From Macrostomum lignano (lineage: Eukaryota), in the NCBI GenBank assembly GCA_002269645.1, contig NIVC01000574.1:1-33792 (forward strand): a DNA stretch of 33,792 bases, given 5' to 3'. Positions within the stretch are counted from its first letter, which is position 1, and each line of letters starts with the position of its first letter. The position numbers and the translations under genes were made by a program. Below, in pieces: positions 9,107 through 17,040 of this stretch. The notes beneath the pieces were generated by a model, which saw only the letters and a list, made by a program, of their open reading frames with translations, was not told the origin of the DNA and did not search any database.

Positions 9107-9517
9107 TTAAAATTTCTTTAATCCTTTTCCACCTTTAATAGTATTTAACATTTTATTAAAATCCTGAATATCTTTATTACTTATTGGTGCGCTTTTCGTG
9201 GGGGTTTCTGTTGGTTGTGCGGCTTGGGTTGCTTCCTGTGCTAATTTCAAATCTTTTATTGCTTTTATCTGTGAGAGGGTATCGTTAAATTCTCTCAATT
9301 TCTTTAGTTCTTCTGCTGATCTAGCTGCATCAATTCCGCCCTTTACGGCGTTGGTTATAGAGCCTGCTGCAGAGCCAGCTTGCCCTATAAGCCCCATATT
9401 GTCTTTAACGAAATTTGCTGCTGTTCCAACCAAATCAAAAAGCCCCTCACCTCGGTATTCAATTGGATCTCCTACCTGATACTCATTTATATTTTGCACA
9501 TGTGTAACGTGTGTCAT
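9107..9517 (-). CDS. Adenovirus pVI-like membrane-active core protein candidate (136 aa)
   Basis: Short leader, then RGEG-LFDLVGTAANFVKDN amphipathic segment, and a C-terminal GGKG-LKKF basic peptide. The pVI analogy is inference. A conserved paralogue in element B supports coding. Confidence 0.65.
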   Translation of the reverse strand: MTHVTHVQNINEYQVGDPIEYRGEGLFDLVGTAANFVKDNMGLIGQAGSAAGSITNAVKGGIDAARSAEELKKLREFNDTLSQIKAIKDLKLAQEATQAAQPTETPTKSAPISNKDIQDFNKMLNTIKGGKGLKKF

Positions 9518-9585
9518 TTTTTGTTCTATTTTTAGTAACAGAAAAAGACCCTACGCGCCTGCGGCGCGGCCTGGGGTTATAAAGT

Positions 9586-9889
9586 AGTAGTAGGTAAAAG
9601 TACGCTTCTAGATCAGACCTATTGAAAATGATGATTTGAAGGGCTAGTGGGGGGACACGAGGGGATTGTTATTGATGATTTGGGAGTGTTATTGGTGATT
9701 TGGGAGAGTTAGTGGTGATTTGTGTTGTTTTGTGGTGTTGGGGGTGTTGGTGGGAGGTAGTGTGTTTAAGGGGGGTAAAGGGTGTTTAGATGTGTTTTTT
9801 TAGTACCCCCTCGTGTCCCCCCACTAGCCCTTCAAATCAGCATGTTAAATAGGGGTTCTGGGGCTAGAAGCGTACTTTTACCTACTACT
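9586..9889. repeat. Terminal fold-back of element A: internal inverted copy (9586-9664) of the terminal ~85 bp
   Basis: AGTAGTAGGTAAAAGTACGCTTCTAG...GATTTGAAGGGCTAGTGGGGGGACACGAGGGGG at 9586 pairs with CCCCCTCGTGTCCCCCCACTAGCCCTTCAAATC...CTAGAAGCGTACTTTTACCTACTACT ending at 9889. Confidence 0.93.
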
Positions 9890-9908
9890 GATGCTTTTAA
9901 ACAAAGAT

Positions 9909-10303
9909 ATGGAGTTGACACAACTAATAATATCGAATTAACAAATTAGGCGCGGCAATTAAAAATAAAACCATTCAGATGTGTTATGCGCGATGAAATG
10001 AAAGATTTACCAAAATATGGATCATTCATTGTAAATATTGAAACGACAAAAGAAAATGGTGTTCATTGGTCAGCGGTTTATTCAAAACCAAAAGTTGTTT
10101 ACTTTTTTATTCTTATGCATTACCTCCATTGTAGGAAATAAAAGACAAATTTAATCATACAAAAAATCGATTATGTGGAGATTACCACGAACAGTTTCAA
10201 ACCTTTGATAAAAAGTTATTGCGGACAGGCGGCATTGTATTTTTTGTATCGAATTAATAATTCTAACCAATCAGAGTCATTTTAAAAATATTTTAGACTA
10301 TAA
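9909..10303 (+). pseudogene. Adenain-like (Polinton) cysteine protease pseudogene
   Basis: Manual translation across a TAG and frameshifts: TTNNIELTN*ARQLKIKPFRCVMRDEM...FIVNIETTKENGVHWSAVY...YF/SYALPP...QFQTFDKK/YCGQAALYFL. The catalytic HW and Q...CG motifs are recognisable. Not in the ORF track; start position approximate. Confidence 0.8.
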
Positions 10304-10317
10304 AATAGGCTCTAAAA

Positions 10318-11335
10318 ATGTTATTTTCTGGAGCACCTTCATGGAATGGAACAACAAGCAGCGGTGGTGGTGGGGAATCAAGTGGGATTAGTGTTACATT
10401 TGAAAACAATAGGTATATAAATGACGATGAAGGTTATAAAAAAGTGAAATAGATACTAAATTAAATTTAAAACGAAATATAGCAGATTCGTATACCAAAA
10501 CAGAAATAGGTAATTCATTAAACTTAAAACGGAATACAGCAGATTCTTATACCAAAACTGAAATAGATAATTCATTAAACTTAAAAAGAAATATACTTGA
10601 TTCTTATAGTCAAGCTGAGTTGATTCTGCAGATAATGAAAAAAGAGATATAACGGATTCTTTTTCTAGAACTGAAATAGATAATTCATTAAATTTAAAAC
10701 GGAATATATCAGATTCATATACCAAAACCGAAGTTGATAATTCATAAAATTTAAAACGAAATATATATGATTCATATACCAAAACCGAAGTTGATAATTT
10801 GGTAAACACATCTAGTGGTTATACAAAAACAGAGACCGACAATTTATTAGATATGAAACAAGACAGATTTAATTTGACAGAAACTGGTCAAATTCCAACC
10901 ATGGCTGATTGGAGTGGAAATGGTTTTGCAATTACAGCCAGCTCAGAATTTAACACAACTGATTTTGCAAGCTGGAAAGCGTTTGATGCAGATTCAACAA
11001 CTGATTGGGCTACTGCTGGAGTTCAAACCGATTATTGGATAAAAGTTCAATGCCCATCTGCAATACTTTGTAATAAAATTGATTTGACTGGGAGAGCATC
11101 GCCATCTACCGAGCACCCCGCGTCATGGAGATTTAAAGGGAGAAATGACAATACAAGTTGGGACATATTAATTCTAACAGAAAATACTGCATTATCATCG
11201 ACAACCCGAACATTTAATGTCACACAAAATTTTGGTAAAGAATATTTATATTTCAGATTATTTTGTCTTACTTCAACATCCGGTTCAACAAATCCGGGTC
11301 TATCCGCAATGCAGATTTATCGTCAGACTTCATGA
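10318..11335 (+). pseudogene. Element B fibre-like gene: LNLKRN..DSYTKTE repeats (frameshifted) plus a discoidin-like head
   Basis: Starts TAAAAATG (MLFSGAPSWNGTTSSGGGG...). Same 57-bp repeat family as A with stops and indels. The intact 3' part 10799-11335 has TASSEF...WKAFD...DWAT...WIKVQ...YFRLF discoidin motifs. Confidence 0.8.
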
Positions 11336-11350
11336 TCAGCGGTTCTTAAA

Positions 11351-11920
11351 ATGAATTTAGGAATAATTGATCAAGTAATTGATATGGGTGGAAATGCTAT
11401 TACCAATCTACCGAATCCAACCAACGATAGCGAAGCCGTTACTAAGTTTCAATTTGACAGATTGAAAAATGTTAATGGGCACATTCCAACTTTATTTGAT
11501 AATAACGACCCCACATTTCTTGTAACAACATCAACAAATTTTACAGGATATGAAGGATTTCGCGCTTTTAATCAGAATTTTGCTTCGGATAATGAGTGGG
11601 CAACAAATGGTGAAACAGCAAACAGGAAATGAAGAATTCAACTTCCGGACGCAGTAAGAATTTGGAGATTTTCTTTAGTTGGTAGATTGAGTGGTGAAAA
11701 CCCAAACGATATTATCTTTCAAGGAAGTAATGACGGATCCACATGGACTGATTTACTATCAACTACTGCTGGTTTAGTTGGAACAGCAATTAAATATTTT
11801 AATTTACCGTATACAACAATTGCTTATAGTTTTTATAGATTGTTTTGCACAACCGCTACTGGTGGTTCGGGCAATCCAGGAGTTTCATATTTGCAGATTT
11901 ATCCATATTTTGAAGTATAA
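11351..11920 (+). pseudogene. Short stalk plus discoidin-like protein interrupted by one in-frame TGA (11630-11632)
   Basis: ORFs 11351-11632 and 11687-11920 share a frame: ...WATNGETANRK*RIQLPDAVRIWRFSLVG...FQGSNDGSTWTDL...YSFYRLF. N-terminal DMGGNAITNLPNPTNDSEAVTK stalk motif. Confidence 0.8.
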
Positions 11921-11923
11921 AAA

Positions 11924-12124
11924 ATGAAGGAAACTATAGATATTATTGAAGTTATTTTGGTATACTTTGAGGAAGAGAATACAATGTTACATATACATAT
12001 GTTTAAAACAAAATTAGAAGATTATTTAGGAGTTTTAAATGATCCAAAAAATTCCAAGCCGCCAGGTAAAGAGGGCTTATATTTTGGGTATTCTGAACCA
12101 ATTGATGATGTAAAAAAATTATAA
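11924..12124 (+). CDS. Hypothetical protein of element B (66 aa)
   Basis: TATAAAAAATG start 3 nt after the previous stop; no recognised motif. Confidence 0.45.
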   Translation: MKETIDIIEVILVYFEEENTMLHIHMFKTKLEDYLGVLNDPKNSKPPGKEGLYFGYSEPIDDVKKL

Positions 12125-12136
12125 AAAATTATAGTT

Positions 12137-12397
12137 ATGAGTCATAGTTCAATTTCTCAATTGGAGCCTTTTAGGAGTTATGTTGCATGTGAAAATAGCG
12201 CAAAAAGAAGATCAAGATATGCCTTTTGGTATGAAGATTACAAACGAGCGTGTGAAAGAATATTAGAGTTTCAGAAAAAATATAAAACATCTGCCGAGCA
12301 GGATTTAATGATCGAGCGATATTTCACCCTATTTTATATTGGAATTGATTTTTCCATCCCAACAAAATTTTTATTAGAAATTACTAAGCTTAAATGA
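12137..12397 (+). CDS. Hypothetical protein of element B (86 aa), 3' end near the internal deletion junction
   Basis: ORF packed after the previous gene; its end abuts the truncated pX-like paralogue. Confidence 0.45.
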   Translation: MSHSSISQLEPFRSYVACENSAKRRSRYAFWYEDYKRACERILEFQKKYKTSAEQDLMIERYFTLFYIGIDFSIPTKFLLEITKLK

Positions 12398-12583
12398 GAT
12401 TGGTCTTCCTTTTTGTGCATATTTTCCAGCAAGTTTAAACGTGTCAATATCATAATCCAATTTTTTACCCAATCTATCGATTCGTTTTAAAATTGTGTGG
12501 CTATGTTTGTTATCATCTAAATTTAAACTGTCTACTATTTCAGATAAGAAAAGTGTGCGATTTTCATCATTATCTGAGTCCAT
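12390..12583 (-). pseudogene. Truncated paralogue of the pX-like core gene (N-terminal ~65 aa only)
   Basis: MDSDNDENRTLFLSEIVDSLNLDDNKHSHTILKRIDRLGKKLDYDIDTFKLAGKYAQKGRPISFK aligns to the first 65 aa of 8104-9096; homology stops near 12390. Confidence 0.9.
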
Positions 12584-12593
12584 TTTTATATTA

Positions 12594-13903
12594 CTAAAAC
12601 TTCTTTAATCCTTTTCCACCTTTAATTGTGGTTAACATTGAAATACTGGCTGTTTGCTTCCCGGATTAGGCCCTTGCGGATTACCTTAAGACTCGAGCCT
12701 CTTCAGTGGGAAGTTCTCTCAACTCTTAGTAGCGTAGGTAGTGCTGCCACCAGTTCCTTCAGGTCTCGGCCTTCGATGAGGTGAGCTTCCCGTCGGAACG
12801 AAATAAACAAGTCAACGAACTCAGCACAGCGTGCAGATTTGCAGATTAATGAACAAGGCGTCCTGATCAGCAGATCCCCGCCGGGCTCAGGGGTGGCTGG
12901 GAAGGCAGTGTTAGCCTCCCTTAGGCTTGGGCTTTAGTGGGGTCTCAGTCAGACCAGTACAAACGGATTCAGTACGCAAAGGGCACTTAGTTAGACACTG
13001 ACGCACACGGGATCTTAGTGAATTCTCCGCAGATAAGAAGCCTCCTTGACGGAAACAAGGGGAGAGGGGTCCTATTTATAGACGGGAAACACCCACGCAC
13101 AAGACCTCGTGACTCGTTCTATTTTTAGAACTGACGTCACTTGAGGTCTCCGGCCAGAGTACACGCGGCTGTGACTCAGTTGCTATTTTTAGCAACATGA
13201 GTCACTCCTCTCCTTAGAGAAGTGAGGGGTCCGAAAGCACGTGATTCTCCCGGTAAACATGTTTACTGCACTTTAGGACTCGAAGAACACAGAGTCTGTC
13301 ATGTGACTTGCTCACATGACAGAGGAAAACGGGACGGGAACGAAACAGAGACAGCCCACAGCAGAGAAGCTGAGGGCTGAGAACAGACGCAGAAGGGCAG
13401 AACAGGCCAAGGGCAGCAACAGACGGGCCAAGGGGGGCGGGAAGCTGACCAGCGGCAGACAGCAACCCAGGGCGAGGGCGAGGGAGACTGCTGACAAAGT
13501 GGGACGCCTAACATCAACTAGCGGATCACTACAACATTTTATTAAAATCTTGGATATCTTTATTGCTCAATGGGTTACTTTTAGTAGGTGTTTTAGTAGC
13601 TTGTGCGGCTTGAGCAGCTTCTTGTGCTAGCTTTAAATATTTTATTGCTTTTATTTGCGAGAGGGTGTCGTTAAATTCTCTCAATTTCTTGAGCTCTTCT
13701 GCTGCCTTAGCTGCTTCTATTCCACCCTTGACTGCGTTGGTTACAGAGCCTGCTGCTGAGCCTGCTTGTGCTATTAGTGGCATATTATCTTTTATTGTAT
13801 TTGCTGCGGCGCCTATTATGTCAAAAAGACACTCACCTCGGTATTCTACTGGGTCTCCTATTTGCAATTCATTCAGATTGTATACTTGCGTATGGTGTGC
13901 CAT
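12594..13903 (-). pseudogene. pVI-like paralogue split by a solo LTR: complement join(12594-12638,13538-13903)
   Basis: 13903-13538 matches 9517-9151 (RGECLFDIIGAAAN...KDIQDFNKM). The C-terminus LTTIKGGKGLKKF-TAG resumes at 12638-12594. Confidence 0.92.
12639..13533. mobile_element. Solo LTR (895 bp), probably Ty3/Gypsy-type
   Basis: TG...CA ends, exact 4-bp target duplication ACAT (12635-12638 and 13534-13537), higher GC than the flanks, TATAAATAGG on the minus strand at 13071-13080. Removing it restores the gene sequence seen in element A. Confidence 0.88.
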
Positions 13904-14257
13904 TTTTGTCTATTTTTAGTAACAGAAAAATTAATGCGTGAATACTCAAAAGAATAGGCTAGATTCCATAGGAGCTTAGTGTGGCTAGAATTGGCGCTTT
14001 TCTTTATAATTATAAAGATTGGCGCTAGTTGAGTTGCCGCATTTATCTATGTAAAAGGAACAATGAGGAGTAAGAGAGTAAATAATTTTGTTAAGTGTTA
14101 GTTTAGTTTGACTCAGTTGGCGCTTTTCTTTATAAATGTTATACATTATAAAACTGTTGATAGTGGCTAAAATGGTGTGGAATTATAAACTGTTATTGAA
14201 TAATGGCTAAAACAAGCGATTCAGTTATTATCAGTTATTTAAAACAAATAAAATCAA

Positions 14258-14989
14258 TCATTTCCGATGGCTAATAGAAACTTTCCGGCTGATCCCCACT
14301 GCTATTTTGTCATCGCGTCCTTCGAATTGTGGCGTCAGAGGTGTCTTCAACATCGAGCAAAAGTCTTCGTCTGAGTTTGCAGCAGACTCACTGGTGGTTT
14401 TATACTGCAAAATTGTGTTATATGCGTATGGCGCGAAACGAAGAGCCGGATAGTCTTCACAAAGTTTGTGGAAAGTTTTCATTCGTGAAACATAGTTGTC
14501 GCCGCACTTAAGACGACTTTGAATTTCCTGATTGCTCATAGTCTCGGATAGAAACGCGATGGTGTCGGCTTTTTGGCGCCAATTACTCCCTTAATCTCAT
14601 CGACCTTTTCTTCAATGATGCATAGCTCCGCGTATAAGCTAGTAGCAGTGTCGTCAGATGTGATTTCAGCCTTGATCAGCTTCTCCAGCTCTCGATAGTC
14701 TGTCTTGATATGAATCGCCTCAGTGTGATGCTTAGATAGCCACGCTTTCAAGTTGACAATGAATCTCGCACTTTGTTCGGCTTTGTTTGATTTCTTCTTG
14801 TTGCTACTAGATTCGTCATCCTCAATCGTCTTATCGGTGGCTTGATGAACGAGGCTTACCAAAGTATCATTGAAGGAACCGCGTTTTTCTTTTGGAAGGC
14901 GATTCAAAAATAAAGCAATTGATGTATTGCTTTTCTTTGTTAGACTCTTCAAATTGCTCATAAATGCTTTCAATTTCCTTGTCGTTCAT
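14258..14989 (-). pseudogene. Frameshifted accessory gene in element B (unknown function)
   Basis: TAAAATG at 14989 starts MNDKEIESIYEQFEES..., shifting into the 14536-14973 frame, then via an overlapping ATGA into 14258-14539 (YVSRMKTFHKLCEDYPALRF, a helical motif I recall from transposon/virus-derived invertebrate ORFs). Confidence 0.5.
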
Positions 14990-15311
14990 TTTACTAGCTG
15001 CTTAATGATAAGATATTGAGAGAACTAATAGAGCTGAAAAACAATATAAGCGCATTCAAAGAACCTCACAACCTTGCTCAGAAAAATTTGCGAAGATAAA
15101 ATATGTGAGCTAATTCATGCTCTGGGGTGCTCATATATATATATATTTTCATGATAATAGAAAGAATTCATGCATTCCATTCTAGTCACGTGGCGAGAGC
15201 AAAACGTGAGAAAAAATTTTCGAAAATCAAAAAAAAAATTTAGCCTCACGTTTTGGTTTGAATAAAATGCAAGGCTCAGAATATCGTGCTGTGGGTGAAT
15301 GGGCACTTGAA

Positions 15312-15580
15312 GACCCCGAATTCCTGTGTTAGTCATAAACTGTGTCTGCGTCCCTTCGGGTGATAAAATGAAGTTTACTATAGTCGACCCTATTGTTGTG
15401 ATGTGAGCTTGTTTGTGAGTAGCGCGAGTAGACCCCGAAATTCCTGTGTTAGTCATCAGACTGTGTCTGCGACCCTTCGGGCGATAGAATAAAGTTTGCT
15501 ATAGCCGTCTATATTGTTGCAATGCAAACTTGTTTGTGTGTAGCGTGAATAGAACCCCGAATTCCTGTGTTAGTCATCAG
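15312..15580 (+). repeat. ~120-bp direct repeat, 2 full copies and 1 partial, with CCCTTCGGG hairpins
   Basis: GACCCCGAA(A)TTCCTGTGTTAGTCAT at 15312, 15431 and ~15552. Confidence 0.85.
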
Positions 15581-15680
15581 ATAAAAGCCTTTGTGCCCCA
15601 AGCGCCTGCGGCGCGGTCGGGGGTTAGAAAGAGTTGTGGGTGTTGGAAGTGTTGGAAGAGTTAGTAAGTGTTGGTTGTGT

Positions 15681-15920
15681 AGTAGTAGGTAAAAGTACGC
15701 GTATAGGACTGTGCACCTATTAAACATACGATTTGAAGGTCTTGTGGGGGGTACTAGGGGGTTAGATTCAGATTTTGTTTTTGGTTTTTTTCGATTGTTG
15801 GGGAGATTAGATGTGTTTATTTGTGTTTTTTTAAGTTTCCCCTAGTACCCCCCACTAGACCTTCAAATCGTATGTTTAATAGGTGCTCTCAGGGATAGAC
15901 TCGTACTTTTACCTACTACT
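15681..15920. repeat. Terminal fold-back of element B: internal inverted copy (15681-15761) of the terminal ~82 bp
   Basis: AGTAGTAGGTAAAAGTACG...GCACCTATTAAACATACGATTTGAAGGTCTTGTGGGGGGTACTAGGGG pairs with CCCCTAGTACCCCCCACTAGACCTTCAAATCGTATGTTTAATAGGTGC...CGTACTTTTACCTACTACT. Confidence 0.93.
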
Positions 15921-16405
15921 CCCCAGTCTGGGTCATATAGAATCCCCAGTCTGGGTCATCCAGAATCCCTAGTCTGGGTCATACAGAATCCCCAGTCTGG
16001 GTCATACAGAATCTACAGGATCTGGGTCATACAGAATCCCCAGTCTGGGTCATGCAGAATCCCCTGTCTGGGTTATACAGAATCCCCAGTCTGTGTCATA
16101 CAGAATCCCCAGTCTGGGTCATACAGAATCCCCAGTCTGGGTCATACAGATTCCCCTGTTCGTGTCATACAGAATCCCCAGTCTGGGTCATACAGAATCT
16201 ACAGTCTGGGTCATACAGAATCCCCAGTCTGTGTCATACAGAATCCCCAGTCTGGGTCATACAGAATCCCCAGTCTGGGTCATACAGATTCCCCTGTTCG
16301 TGTCATACAGAATCCCCAGTCTGGGTCATACAGAATCTACAGTCTGGGTCATACAGAATCCTCAGTCTGAGTCATACAGAATCCACAGTCTGGGTCATAC
16401 AGAAT
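15921..16405 (+). repeat. 23-bp minisatellite (CAGAATCCCCAGTCTGGGTCATA)n
   Basis: About 21 direct tandem copies with variants, starting immediately after element B's terminus. Confidence 0.95.
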
Positions 16406-16765
16406 CTGACAGAAGGTGATATTGACTATTTATCAAATGATAAAGTTGAAATAAAAAAACGTTTCTTTTGTTATTAATTACTAAAAGCAATACGGGTCAA
16501 TTCTCTCGTCTGTAATTGGATTCGAACGAACTGCACGTTTCAAAATCTACTCCCTCTGTCTTTCGCATCCATGTTATGTCTGTCCTGTTCGATTCGATTC
16601 GCGCGTGCCTTAGCCTTGGTTATGCTGTACAGTTGGAAAACAGGTTAACTAATTAATCGTTTGCGGTATTGGCGGCAGTCTGTCTATTGACTGACTTGCT
16701 TTGTTATAAGCCGCTTGTGTCTGTGCGTGTGGTTTTTTACTGCTTTATCTGCTAACTTGCCCAGC

Positions 16766-17040
16766 TAATGAGGATCTGGGAGGCTGTGACCTAGTAACTG
16801 AGGATCTGGGAGGCTGTGACCTAGTAACTGAGGATCTGGGAGGCCAGCCCAGAAACTGAGGATTGGAGAGGCTGGCCCAGCAACTGAGGATTGGAGAGGC
16901 TGGCCCAGCAACTGAGGATTGGAGAGGCTGGCCCAGCAACTGAGGATTGGAGAGGCTGGCCCAGCAACTGAGGATTGGAGAGGCTCCCCCAGCAACTGAA
17001 GATTGGAGAGACAGGCTCAGTAACTGAGGATCTGGGAGAC
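16766..17040 (+). repeat. 28/30-bp minisatellite (AACTGAGGATTGGAGAGGCTGGCCCAGC and variant)
   Basis: Direct tandem copies visible. Confidence 0.9.

Larger units (their letters stand above)
1..9889. mobile_element. Polinton/Maverick (adintovirus-like) element A, right-hand part, left end outside window
   Basis: AT-rich, tightly packed intronless ORFs including a protein-primed family B DNA polymerase, fibre-like and adenovirus core-like genes. Ends in CCTACTACT at 9889, the reverse complement of an (AGT)n Polinton-type terminus. Confidence 0.92.
9890..15920. mobile_element. Degraded Polinton element B (related family), right-hand part, polB deleted
   Basis: Pseudogenised protease and fibre genes, paralogues of A's pX-like and pVI-like genes in the same orientation, and a homologous terminus ending CCTACTACT at 15920. 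Confidence 0.88.

Noticed and set aside
472-9479. Short ORFs overlapping viral genes (472-744, 588-770, 4781-4966, 5488-5715, 6126-6341, 8521-8724, 8616-8840, 9198-9479)
   Set aside because: Antisense or alternate-frame shadows of well-supported genes, with no motifs.
9586-9889. Stand-alone 304-bp (and 240-bp at 15681-15920) mini-Polinton MITEs
   Set aside because: No target-site duplication flanks either unit, and shared sequence (the GCGCCTGCGGCGCGG hairpin) extends outside the inner repeat in both, so they are better read as part of the element ends. Not fully excluded.
10456-10809. 117-aa minus-strand ORF
   Set aside because: Antisense reading of the decayed 57-bp fibre repeats.
13214-13919. 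ORFs within or across the solo LTR
   Set aside because: Low-complexity readings of GA-rich LTR sequence or antisense to the pVI-like gene; no gag/pol motifs.
15184-15195. GTCACGTGGC resembling the adenovirus major late promoter USF site
   Set aside because: A single common E-box with no supporting TATA spacing or counterpart in element A.
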